A stretch of DNA of 64,000 bases, from contig JAAZBX010000001.1 in the NCBI GenBank assembly GCA_012513575.1, positions 10,163-74,162 of the forward strand, written 5' to 3'. Source of the DNA: Candidatus Dojkabacteria bacterium (GTDB lineage: Bacteria; Patescibacteriota; Dojkabacteria; SC72). Under the pieces are notes generated by a model. That model worked only from the letters and a program-made list of their open reading frames with translations. It ran no database searches and was not told where the DNA came from. The number at the start of each line of letters is the position of its first letter. Position 1 is the first letter of the stretch. This document shows positions 48,217 through 57,406 of this stretch, in pieces. Position numbers and translations under genes: made by a program.

Positions 48217-49353
48217 ATGGCAGAAGCCAAAAAAGAGGTCTTGCAGAAAACTGAGACCAAAAACAAAAGTTTTCAAATGCCAGAACTTTTAGATTTACTT
48301 AAAGTAGGTGCGCACTTTGGGCACAAAAAGAGTGCTTGGGATCCTCGAATGGAGAAGTATATCTACGAAATTAGAAATGGTATTCACATTATCGATTTGG
48401 TTAAGACCTTAGAGATGCTAGAAGTCGCTCTTCAAAAGATTCAACATTTCTCAGAAAGAGGCAATATCCTCATCGTTGGGACTAAAGGTCAAGCAGCGAC
48501 AATAATTGAAGATGTGGCAAAAAGAAGTGGTATGTTTTATGTAAATAGAAGGTGGCCAGGAGGTCTTTTCACAAATTTTGATGGAATTAAAAAGAGTGTT
48601 CAAACATTGGTTAAAATGGAGGAACAAATAGCTCGAGGAGGAAAAGGTCTTGTAAAAAAAGAGATACTTCTGCTTCAAAAAGATGTTGAGAGATTAAATA
48701 GAATGTACAGCGGTATTAAATTCATGGATAAGCTTCCAGAAGCAATTATCGTGGTCGATAGTGCAGTTGAGAAGAATGCTGTCAAAGAAGCGAGGAATAT
48801 GAATATTCCAATTATTTCTTTAATTGATACTAACTGTAATCCAGATGTAATTGATTACCCAATACCTGCAAATGATGATTCCCTAAAGAGTATTTCCCTC
48901 TTTGTTAATATCTTTGGTGATGTTGTAAAGGATTCCAAGAATTCTCTATCGGTCATTTCTTTAAGAAGAGATAATGATGCTTTACTTGCCAAATTAGAAA
49001 AAGAGGCAAATGAAGAGAAAGAAAGAATTGCAAAGATGGAAGAAGAGGAGAGGGAGAGAATGAAGGCTTTAAGAGAAGGGAAAATTACCTCTGTGACAAC
49101 CTCATCCGTAGTTAGAGTGGTAAAAAAAGAAAAGGATATTGATGCAGAGATAAAGAAAGCTGAAGAGGTAAAAGAGAAAGAAGATAAAAAGGGAATGGAT
49201 GATTTAGGTCTTAGTGTAAGAGTGGTAAAACTTTTAAATGATGCTGGATTGAAGTCTGTTCCAGCCTTAAAGAAACTTTCCAAGAAAGAGTTATTAGCAA
49301 TTAAAGGTATTGGAGAAAAAGCAGCTACTGATATCCTCAAAGCTTTAAAATAG
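48217..49353 (+). CDS. rpsB: 30S ribosomal protein S2 with C-terminal coiled coil and RpoA-CTD-like HhH domain
   Basis: GAHFGH, RWPGGLFTNF, DTNCNPD, PANDD; extension DDLGLSVR...IKGIGEK. Confidence 0.95.
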   Translation: MAEAKKEVLQKTETKNKSFQMPELLDLLKVGAHFGHKKSAWDPRMEKYIYEIRNGIHIIDLVKTLEMLEVALQKIQHFSERGNILIVGTKGQAATIIEDVAKRSGMFYVNRRWPGGLFTNFDGIKKSVQTLVKMEEQIARGGKGLVKKEILLLQKDVERLNRMYSGIKFMDKLPEAIIVVDSAVEKNAVKEARNMNIPIISLIDTNCNPDVIDYPIPANDDSLKSISLFVNIFGDVVKDSKNSLSVISLRRDNDALLAKLEKEANEEKERIAKMEEEERERMKALREGKITSVTTSSVVRVVKKEKDIDAEIKKAEEVKEKEDKKGMDDLGLSVRVVKLLNDAGLKSVPALKKLSKKELLAIKGIGEKAATDILKALK

Positions 49354-49374
49354 ATAATTTGAATTAGGAAGAAT

Positions 49375-50094
49375 ATGGGAAAAGTTACTATAGATGATAT
49401 TAAAACGTTAAGAGACAAGACATCAGCAGGGATGGGTCTTTGTAAAGAAGCCTTAACAAAGTCTGATGGAGATATGAAAAAAGCAATAGAATATATTAAT
49501 AAAAGGAGTGATGTAATTGGAAGGCTTCATAATCTTACTGGTGCCAAAATAGGTCTTTGCAAGCTGGCTTTTGAGGATGCTGGAAAAGAATTCGAGAAAG
49601 CAGTTGAAATTATCAAAGAGAGAGGGTGGAATGAAGAGTTGGAAGGAGATATTGATGAAAAAGTGGAAGGGATTATTGATAGCTATATTCATGGGAATGA
49701 CAAGAGGCTTGGTGCGATGGTAGAAGTCACATGTAAAACAGATTTTGTTGCAAAAAATGAAGACTTTAGAACTTTTGTTCATGAAGTAGTATTACAAGTT
49801 GCTGCAATGAAACCGGAATATGTCTCTAGAGAATCTTTGGATGAAAAGGCCATAAAGGATCTGAAAGAGAAGTTTACAAAAGAGGTTGAAGCAGAGAAAA
49901 AACCTAAGGAGATGGTTGAAAAAATTATTGAAGGGAAACTTAATAAATATTTTGCAGAAAAATGTCTTTTGGAGCAGAAGTGGTTTAAAGATGAATCAAA
50001 AACGATTGCATCTTTGTTAGATGAAACTTCTCAAAAGATGGGTGAACCATTAAAGATTTCAAGAATAATGTTATGGGAGATGGGCAAAAAATAG
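49375..50094 (+). CDS. tsf: elongation factor Ts (short type, duplicated N-terminal domain)
   Basis: LRDKTSAGMGLCKEAL, EGIIDSYIH, CKTDFVA, CLLEQ. Confidence 0.95.
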   Translation: MGKVTIDDIKTLRDKTSAGMGLCKEALTKSDGDMKKAIEYINKRSDVIGRLHNLTGAKIGLCKLAFEDAGKEFEKAVEIIKERGWNEELEGDIDEKVEGIIDSYIHGNDKRLGAMVEVTCKTDFVAKNEDFRTFVHEVVLQVAAMKPEYVSRESLDEKAIKDLKEKFTKEVEAEKKPKEMVEKIIEGKLNKYFAEKCLLEQKWFKDESKTIASLLDETSQKMGEPLKISRIMLWEMGKK

Positions 50095-50615
50095 AATTTG
50101 AGAAACTTGAAGCCAAATTCTTTATTATTGAAAATGCCCAATTAGTTACTCATGATTTAGATTTGACTTCGAATCTCTGTACTCAGCCTTATTTTAATCA
50201 CAAAAACGGATGTCCTAATTTTGGGGTGAGAGATGATTGTCCTCCCAATGTTAAGCATATTTCAGAGGAATTTGAAATGGATTCAATAAATATTCTCCTT
50301 TTAGAATTTCCTTTGAATGAGTATTTTCTTCAAAGGAAAAAAATCCATCCTGATTGGACAAACAGAGCGCTAATTAATCCAAGGCATTGGCAGAATCACC
50401 TTCGGGCATCTATGAATAATGAATGGGAAAATCTTAAAGAAGAATATCCTAATTACGAAATGATAAGGAATCCAGAGGGGCAAGGGGTAAATGTAGAAGA
50501 GACTTTAAAGTTAGTCGGAATAGAAATGGATTGGTCTGATATGGGAGAGGAAGGGGAGATTATATCTGTTGCTCAAAGGATTTACAGAGTAGCACTTATT
50601 GGAAAAAGGATTTAG
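50073..50615 (+). CDS. DUF2284-like putative metal-binding protein
   Basis: C...GCPNFG...CPP, PEGQGVNV. Confidence 0.6.
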   Translation: MGDGQKIEFEKLEAKFFIIENAQLVTHDLDLTSNLCTQPYFNHKNGCPNFGVRDDCPPNVKHISEEFEMDSINILLLEFPLNEYFLQRKKIHPDWTNRALINPRHWQNHLRASMNNEWENLKEEYPNYEMIRNPEGQGVNVEETLKLVGIEMDWSDMGEEGEIISVAQRIYRVALIGKRI

Positions 50616-50745
50616 AGCGTTTTGCAATTATTTAAAAAAATCGACCTTTATATGTATTAATTTGTTGTAAGAAAGCCATTTGTTTGGTAAAATGTGCTGT
50701 TCTTTAAGAAATTGATACAAAGTTTACGCTCTGGAAAGGAGAAAA

Positions 50746-51279
50746 ATGTTTGAGCAATTACCACCTAATGTGTCCTTTTTGAATCGCTTCCCTGTTGTGT
50801 ATTTTGCACATCCAATAAGTGGTTTACCTCTCAATGTAGTACAAGATTATTATCAATCGACGAGAGAGAGGTTTGGAAGAATCTGTCAAGTTCGCACCCC
50901 CATGGATGTTATCGCGAGAACGGACTTGAAAGAAAGAAAAGAATCTTTCAAAGAGCCAGGAATGGCCAATGATGTAATCACTAGCCGTGACTATGGATTT
51001 GTCCGTGAATGTGATGTGATATTTGCCAACCTCTCAAAATGTACTAGACCGTCAATCGGTTCAATAATGGAAATTGCTTGGGCTTATGCCTATGACAAAT
51101 ACATTATGATTGTAATGGATGAAGAGGGAATTCATGAACATGGGATGATCCTTGGCGCTCATCCACTGGTTTACAGAAGCCATATGGCAGCAGCCAACGA
51201 CTTGATTGAGTACTGTAAAACAGGTTTTAGTGATCCTCGGCTTCGTTCCTATGCTGATAGTTTGAAATATAAACTTTGA
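50746..51279 (+). CDS. nucleoside 2-deoxyribosyltransferase / RCL-like N-glycosidase
   Basis: VYFAHPI, D...VRECDVIFA, SIGSIMEIAWA; own TGGTAAAAT, SD and hairpin. Confidence 0.8.
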   Translation: MFEQLPPNVSFLNRFPVVYFAHPISGLPLNVVQDYYQSTRERFGRICQVRTPMDVIARTDLKERKESFKEPGMANDVITSRDYGFVRECDVIFANLSKCTRPSIGSIMEIAWAYAYDKYIMIVMDEEGIHEHGMILGAHPLVYRSHMAAANDLIEYCKTGFSDPRLRSYADSLKYKL

Positions 51280-51293
51280 TATCAATCTCTTCT

Positions 51294-51331
51294 CCCTAGC
51301 GGGAATTTGTCTTCTGACTCTCCCGCTAGGG
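51294..51331 (+). terminator. terminator-like hairpin after the NDT gene
   Basis: CCCTAGCGGGA/TCCCGCTAGGG 11-bp stem; weak T tract. Confidence 0.6.
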
Positions 51332-51418
51332 TATATCTTCCCAAAAACATTTCCATTTATAGACATCCTTAGTATATTGGTATACAATATTTTCATATAA
51401 TATTGTTGGGAATAATAT

Positions 51419-51964
51419 ATGGATATTAACCAATTTAGAGTAGATATTACTAAATGTGTTGAACATGTTAAGGAGGATCTCTCTCAGATAAGAACGGGAA
51501 GGGCTACATCTGAATTAGTTGAGGATATTCTTGTCTCTGCCTATGAGACACAGTCCCCAGTAAAGAACTTAGCTTCAATTTCAGTTATGGATGCAAAAAC
51601 AATCTCAATTGAACCTTGGGATAAATCGATATTGGAAAATATTAATAAGGGTGTCGGTGCTGCAAATTTAGGATTTTCTCCGATTATGGAGGGTGATAGA
51701 GTAATTGTAAAGATACCTGATTTGACTGAGGAAAGGAGACAGGAGTATGTAAAGATAATGAAAGAAAGAATTGAGGATGGGAGAATTTCTGTAAGACAGG
51801 TAAGGCAGAAATTTATGCAAATGATAGACGAAGATCAGAAGGGTGGACTCTCTGAAGATGCTGCAGACTTGATGAGAAATGAAGCAGAGAAGATAGTAAA
51901 AGATGCGAACAACCAAATTGAATTAATAAAGGAAGAAAAAGAAAAAGAGCTACTAACAATTTAA
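51419..51964 (+). CDS. frr: ribosome recycling factor
   Basis: IRTGRA, PWDKS, PDLTEERR. Confidence 0.97.
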   Translation: MDINQFRVDITKCVEHVKEDLSQIRTGRATSELVEDILVSAYETQSPVKNLASISVMDAKTISIEPWDKSILENINKGVGAANLGFSPIMEGDRVIVKIPDLTEERRQEYVKIMKERIEDGRISVRQVRQKFMQMIDEDQKGGLSEDAADLMRNEAEKIVKDANNQIELIKEEKEKELLTI

Positions 51965-51981
51965 TATTGAAATAAAGAAAC

Positions 51982-53121
51982 ATGTCTATTTTTGTAAATA
52001 TCTTGCTTTTCCTTTTGGTCATAAGTATCTTAACCTTTGTACATGAGCTAGGACATTATGTTTCTGCGAAAATAATTGGAGCGAAGGTTCTAGAATTTTC
52101 CTTGGGTTTTGGGCCTAAACTTTTCTCTAAGAAGTGGAGAGAGACAATTTATAGTTTTAGGGGGTTACCTTTCGGAGGGTATGTGAAAATATTGGGAGAT
52201 GGTGATCCTGGGGAAGAGATGAATTCTAAGGCAGACGACAAGCGAGATTTGCGAAAAAAGCCTAAGTGGCAGCAGATATTCGTAATGCTTTCAGGGGTTA
52301 CTATGAATATCCTTCTTGCCATTTCAATCTATTATGTTGTTTTAGCCTCCAATGGCTGGGAGTTAGTATTAAATTCTGATTTCAAAGATTTTAAAGCGAT
52401 AGGGGCAGAAGTGTATCTAGAGAGAGAAGGGGTTGTCGAATACGAGATTATTGAAGGGGGGAAAGCCTCTGAAGCAAAGTTGCCTGAAAAGGGTTTTATC
52501 AAATCAATAGACAACAAAGAAATCGTATATATGGAAGAGGTAGGGGAGTATATTTCTACTAAAAAAGGGGAGACGATAAGTATAAATATTTGTGTTGATG
52601 AGAAGTGCTCAGATTATGTCATAGAGGTTCCCGAAGAGGGGAAAATTGGAATTTCTCTGCCCTCAAACTATCTTGTGATTCTTTCATATAAGGAGCATAA
52701 ATTGTTCGCAGGATTTTCTCACATCCGTAACAGTCTCGTGCTAATAGGTAATAAGCTTGAAGAAATGATCGGGAATGCAAGGCTTTCTGGTGATTATAGC
52801 GAGATTTCCAATTCAGTCTCTGGTCCTGTGGGGATATATTTTGTGATAGACTACTTTAAAAAATTTGGAGTAATACCATTCCTGGGAATGATAGCGGATC
52901 TTTCTGTGTCGTTGGCACTTGTAAATGTCCTCCCAATACCTGCCCTAGATGGTGGAAGAGTCCTGATCCTACTTCTAGAATGGATAGCAGGTAAAGAGCT
53001 TGATGAGAAGATTGAAACAAAAATAATTAATGGTAGTTTTATATTCCTAATAATTTTGATACTATTTATTATTATTAAAGATATAGTTAATATAGATAGT
53101 ATGAAAGAATTATTTAAGTAA
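51982..53121 (+). CDS. rseP: RIP metalloprotease RseP
   Basis: HELGH, FSLGFGP, PFGGYV, SGPVGI, NVLPIPALDGGR. Confidence 0.93.
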   Translation: MSIFVNILLFLLVISILTFVHELGHYVSAKIIGAKVLEFSLGFGPKLFSKKWRETIYSFRGLPFGGYVKILGDGDPGEEMNSKADDKRDLRKKPKWQQIFVMLSGVTMNILLAISIYYVVLASNGWELVLNSDFKDFKAIGAEVYLEREGVVEYEIIEGGKASEAKLPEKGFIKSIDNKEIVYMEEVGEYISTKKGETISINICVDEKCSDYVIEVPEEGKIGISLPSNYLVILSYKEHKLFAGFSHIRNSLVLIGNKLEEMIGNARLSGDYSEISNSVSGPVGIYFVIDYFKKFGVIPFLGMIADLSVSLALVNVLPIPALDGGRVLILLLEWIAGKELDEKIETKIINGSFIFLIILILFIIIKDIVNIDSMKELFK

Positions 53122-53130
53122 TATTAGTAC

Positions 53131-54450
53131 ATGAGCAATATTAGAGTAGGGGTTGGTAAGAAGGGTATAGTTTTGGCACTTATTGTAGGTGTTTTATTGC
53201 TTGGAGGTGGAGGAGGGTATTTACTTTGGAGAGTTAATCAAGAGGATACAGTAGCGCCCACAGATAGTGATGCGAGTGAACAGGTTTGTGTGGATAGATG
53301 TACGGGGACCTGTTCTCAGGCTTACCCTTGGCAATCTCCCGACCAGTGTACAGATGATGCTTATAAGGGATGCGAATTTGTCTCTGCTGGGGGGAATGTA
53401 TTACATGGTTGTTGTCTTTATGAAAGAGAATGTAACATAACTGCATATCATATTACATATGCCGCTGGTGCGAATGGATCTGTCACGAACGCAGGACAAA
53501 ACAGTGTAGCTCCAGGTGGGAGTATTAGTTCAACTGCAAGTCCTTCAGTAGGATATAGATTTGTAAAATGGAGTGATAATAAAACAACTGCAACAAGAAC
53601 AGACACGAATGTTCAAGCGGATGCAATATATACTGCGATTTTCGAGGTTCTTCCTTCTGACCAAGTTACATTAACATATATCGCAGGTAGCGGAGGGACA
53701 ATATCAGGAACAGCAACTCAAACAATTGCCAAAGGAGCAAGCGGTACTGCCGTAACAGCAACACCTAATAGTGACTATACTTTTGAAAAATGGAGTGATA
53801 ATAAAACAACTGCAACAAGGACTGATACGAATGTACAAGTAAGTGCAACATATACTGCTACATTTAAATCAACATCTCCTACTACCCCTGTAAACTGTAC
53901 AGGTTTTACATTGTCCTGTGGTGCAAACAATACAATTAATATTAATTGGAATCTTGTAACAGGTGCAGTTAAATACATTGCTAGAATCAATAAAGCACCA
54001 AAGAGTGACTGGCTTAATGAAGAAGGAGGTGATGTATGGATAGCTCTCGGACCAGATGTAAATAGCTATGTAATCCAGAATGCTCAATCAGGAGTGGTGT
54101 ATGGAGTTAATGTTCTAGCATATGATGGACCAGATGGCCAGACAGATTTTCATCCTAGTTGTAACATGACAGGTTTGGGACAGATCTGGGATCCTCCAAT
54201 GTATATTGAAATTGCATGTCAAGGAACTTCCCCCATTGTTGTCCCTGATACAGGTATTTTTGATAATTCTAAACATACAGTAATATTTGGCTTTGTTGTA
54301 TTAGTAATTGGTTTGGCTTGGACATGGATATCTACTTTACCGAAGAAAGCACTCTTCGCTATTTCTTCTACTAGTAGTAAAATTAGAGAAGATAGTGAAA
54401 GAAGAAGAGTTGAGAATAGAAGAGAGAGATTAGAAAAAAGAATAAAATAA
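53131..54450 (+). CDS. cell-surface protein with two InlB B-repeat-like domains and a C-terminal PDTG-TM-basic tail
   Basis: ITY.AG.NG...ATP..GY.F.KWSD repeats; VPDTGIFD + TM + RRERLEKR. Confidence 0.8.
   Translation: MSNIRVGVGKKGIVLALIVGVLLLGGGGGYLLWRVNQEDTVAPTDSDASEQVCVDRCTGTCSQAYPWQSPDQCTDDAYKGCEFVSAGGNVLHGCCLYERECNITAYHITYAAGANGSVTNAGQNSVAPGGSISSTASPSVGYRFVKWSDNKTTATRTDTNVQADAIYTAIFEVLPSDQVTLTYIAGSGGTISGTATQTIAKGASGTAVTATPNSDYTFEKWSDNKTTATRTDTNVQVSATYTATFKSTSPTTPVNCTGFTLSCGANNTININWNLVTGAVKYIARINKAPKSDWLNEEGGDVWIALGPDVNSYVIQNAQSGVVYGVNVLAYDGPDGQTDFHPSCNMTGLGQIWDPPMYIEIACQGTSPIVVPDTGIFDNSKHTVIFGFVVLVIGLAWTWISTLPKKALFAISSTSSKIREDSERRRVENRRERLEKRIK
53565..53819 (+). repeat. intragenic 222-nt (74 aa) domain duplication; 33 nt identical
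   Basis: AAAATGGAGTGATAATAAAACAACTGCAACAAG at 53565 and 53787. Confidence 0.9.
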
Positions 54451-54463
54451 AATATTTATTTAA

Positions 54464-56206
54464 ATGGCTAATATAAGAGTAAGTGCTAGTAAAAAGACAA
54501 CAGTTATTATATTACTCCTTCTATTTCTTGTTGTAGGTGGTACAGGTGGATATTTGTTATGGAGGGTTAATCAGGAGAAAGAATTAAGTCCTGGGGAAAG
54601 TGAGGCTGGAAGTAACCAATGCAACTGTTATAAGCCTGGTGAAAGTTGCGGAAGCTTACCAGATTGTAATAATGTAAGTTATCCTATTTCTTGCTATTGT
54701 GTTTATGTGCAAGCAACATGCCCTTTATTACCACTATGTACTCCAGGAGAGGTTCCGCAGTGCACACAAGGCTCTCATTGTACCGAAAAAGTCCATTGTA
54801 TTTGGCCAGAGGTGGCGTATTGTCAAAGCGGTACTTGTATTTGTAAATCTCCACCTAACGGTTGTTATGACACAGAGCCTCAATGTACTCCTCAATGTCC
54901 AGAAGGTTATGAAAAATGCTCAGGAGCTGATTGTACTGGAGAGATAAAAGATGTTGAGTGTAGTCATGATTGTGCAAGTTGTAACAATAGATACTATGTA
55001 AGGGCAAAATGTAAAAAAATTGTTACAAATACCTGTGGCGATGGTAATAAGGGTGGTAGTGAGGCTTGTGATCCTCCTGGATCTGTATGTACAGCTGCAA
55101 GTGGGAAACAGAGTACATGTTCTTCTACATGTACATGTCCTGAACCTGCCAATATTTGTGGTGATGGGAATAAAGCAGGAGACGAGGCTTGTGATCCTCC
55201 AGGATCTACATGCACAACGGCAAGTGGTAAAGAGGGTACATGCTCTTCTACATGTACATGTCCTGAGCCTCCTGTTGGAAATATATGTGATGCACAGGGC
55301 GCCAAATGGGTAACTCAGCCACCCAGTAGGGTAGAATTCGGCAAACCAATATCTTTTGAATATATTACTGGCGACACTGATGGGGTACAAAATGTAAATA
55401 TAATTGTAAAACTTGATGGGACATCTGTTCCAGTAACAAAAATTCCTGCAACAGACAATGCTCCTAATATTACGGTTAAAGGAACTTTAAATGGTAGTGA
55501 AGGTGTCTTAAGTCCTGGGAACCATAAACTTGAAATATCTTGGAATGACATTAAAGGTGCAGGAGGTCTTCCTTGCTATGCATACAGTATGATTACAGTT
55601 TTGCCTGAAAATCCAGAGTGGGATATTGAGAAAAAAGCATTACAAACATGCGTAAATGACTGGACGGAAAATCCAACTTCAAATCTAACATATACAGTTA
55701 CCATTACAAACACAAATACTGGTTCTGGAGCTGGAACAATCACAAGTATTCTTGACACTTTAGATCCTAAAGTAGATTCAACCAAGGTAACAAATATTTC
55801 AAATGGAGGGGTAATTTCCAATGGCAAAATTGTTTGGAATTTAACATCTCCATTATCTGATTTTGATCCTGGGGAATCGAAATCCTTTACATATTCGATA
55901 AGTGTAAACAAAGAATCCTTTGGAATATATGAGAATACTGTAGTTGCAACCCCCGACATCTCTAGTGGGGATTCTTCCAACTTAGAGGCATCTGTGAATA
56001 TTGAAGCAAGATGTAATGTTCCTGGAGAACCTGTTCAACCAGATACTGGGCTTTTTGATGACTCCAAAAATATTGTAATTTTGGGAGCGGCATTACTCTT
56101 TGCAGGTTTAGGGTGGTCATGGATTACTGATTCCTTCGGTACTATGAAACAGAAAATCTCGTACGAAAGTAAAGCAAGATTCGAAAAAAGAGTATCAAAA
56201 AGATAG
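54464..56206 (+). CDS. Cys-rich cell-surface protein (CGDG...EACD repeats, DUF11-like domain) with PDTG-TM-basic tail
   Basis: About 50 Cys; LTYTVTITNT / YENTVVA; QPDTGLFD + TM + RFEKR. Confidence 0.8.
   Translation: MANIRVSASKKTTVIILLLLFLVVGGTGGYLLWRVNQEKELSPGESEAGSNQCNCYKPGESCGSLPDCNNVSYPISCYCVYVQATCPLLPLCTPGEVPQCTQGSHCTEKVHCIWPEVAYCQSGTCICKSPPNGCYDTEPQCTPQCPEGYEKCSGADCTGEIKDVECSHDCASCNNRYYVRAKCKKIVTNTCGDGNKGGSEACDPPGSVCTAASGKQSTCSSTCTCPEPANICGDGNKAGDEACDPPGSTCTTASGKEGTCSSTCTCPEPPVGNICDAQGAKWVTQPPSRVEFGKPISFEYITGDTDGVQNVNIIVKLDGTSVPVTKIPATDNAPNITVKGTLNGSEGVLSPGNHKLEISWNDIKGAGGLPCYAYSMITVLPENPEWDIEKKALQTCVNDWTENPTSNLTYTVTITNTNTGSGAGTITSILDTLDPKVDSTKVTNISNGGVISNGKIVWNLTSPLSDFDPGESKSFTYSISVNKESFGIYENTVVATPDISSGDSSNLEASVNIEARCNVPGEPVQPDTGLFDDSKNIVILGAALLFAGLGWSWITDSFGTMKQKISYESKARFEKRVSKR
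55034..55270 (+). repeat. tandem 123-nt (41 aa) Cys-rich repeat
   Basis: CGDGNKxGxEACDPPGSxCTxASGKxxTCSSTCTCPEP twice. Confidence 0.9.
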
Positions 56207-56263
56207 TAAAATTTTTACATAGTGTGGTATAATCACCCTTAGTATTATTTAAAGGAGGTAAAT

Positions 56264-56464
56264 ATGTCAGTTATAGTACATTCTAATGAAAATATAGATA
56301 GTGCCCTCAAAAGACTTCACAGAGAAGTATTGAGAGAAAAAATCTTAGAAACATACAAGAACAAAGCTTACAGAATAAGAGAAGCAGATCTTGATATTGC
56401 CAAAAGAAAAGAATGGGCAAAAAGAAAAAGAAGAAGAAGGGCTGCCGCAAGAAGAGCTAGATAA
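56264..56464 (+). CDS. rpsU: 30S ribosomal protein S21
   Basis: V...ENIDSALKRL...; basic C-terminus; precedes yqeY. Confidence 0.9.
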   Translation: MSVIVHSNENIDSALKRLHREVLREKILETYKNKAYRIREADLDIAKRKEWAKRKRRRRAAARRAR

Positions 56465-56480
56465 TTTCATCTAAATCAAA

Positions 56481-56924
56481 ATGTCGCTAATAGATACTTT
56501 TAGAAAAGACATGATTTCTGCAACAAAAGATGGAAATACTGACAAGCTAGATATACTGAAATTAGCCTTAGCTTCAATGATAAATGCTCAAAAAGCTGCA
56601 AGCGAGGAGCTAAAGGATGTAGATTTTGAAAAAATCCTAAAAAAAGAAGTAAAAAAAGTTAAAGATTCCATTGTGCAGTTTTCTGCGATAGGAAGGATGG
56701 AGCTTGCCAACAGGGAAAAGAGACAACTTGAAGTATTGGAATCATATTTACCCAAAGAGATGTCTTCTGAAGATGTAGCTAAAATTGTGAAGCGAATAAT
56801 CTCTGCAATTAAGCCAGAAGGCTCTAAAGATATGGGTAGGGTTATGGGTGTGGTAATGAAAGAAGTCGCAGGTAGGGCTGATGGGAATATTGTCAAAGAG
56901 ATTGTATTGGAGCATCTAAAATAA
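56481..56924 (+). CDS. yqeY: GatB/YqeY domain protein
   Basis: LESYLPKEMS, KDMGRVMG, GRADG. Confidence 0.93.
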   Translation: MSLIDTFRKDMISATKDGNTDKLDILKLALASMINAQKAASEELKDVDFEKILKKEVKKVKDSIVQFSAIGRMELANREKRQLEVLESYLPKEMSSEDVAKIVKRIISAIKPEGSKDMGRVMGVVMKEVAGRADGNIVKEIVLEHLK

Positions 56925-56926
56925 CT

Positions 56927-57406
56927 ATGATTTTAGAAATTTCAAATTGGAGTATTCTGAAGAAAGCGGTATCTGAAGCGTCTTTTACTAAGGGGGTTTT
57001 AGAAAATATTCTTGAGAAGCATTTTTTTGAGTACAACTTCTCCAGCCTGGGTATAATATTTGTTTCTGAGCAGTATATTCGAGACATAAACAGTCAGTAC
57101 AGAGGGGTAGATTCTGTTACAGATGTGTTATCCTTTGGGCTTGGAACAAAGCCTTTTATGGGGGAGGTGTATATTTGCCCCCAATATATTAAGAATAAAA
57201 TCCACCCAGATTTCCTTAAAGAGGAGATAATTAGAGATGTCGTTCATGGAGTTCTTCATATTTTGGGTTATGATCATAAAGGAGAATTTTCTGAAAAAAA
57301 TATTCAAGACGAAATGTTTGTAAAACAGGAAGATATATTGCACAATATACTAGATGAAATTAATAACAGGTCTGGGAAATCCAGGAGAAAAATATCAAAA
57401 GAGTAG
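56927..57406 (+). CDS. ybeY: rRNA maturation factor YbeY
   Basis: YRGVDSVTDVLSF, HGVLHILGYDH. Confidence 0.94.
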   Translation: MILEISNWSILKKAVSEASFTKGVLENILEKHFFEYNFSSLGIIFVSEQYIRDINSQYRGVDSVTDVLSFGLGTKPFMGEVYICPQYIKNKIHPDFLKEEIIRDVVHGVLHILGYDHKGEFSEKNIQDEMFVKQEDILHNILDEINNRSGKSRRKISKE

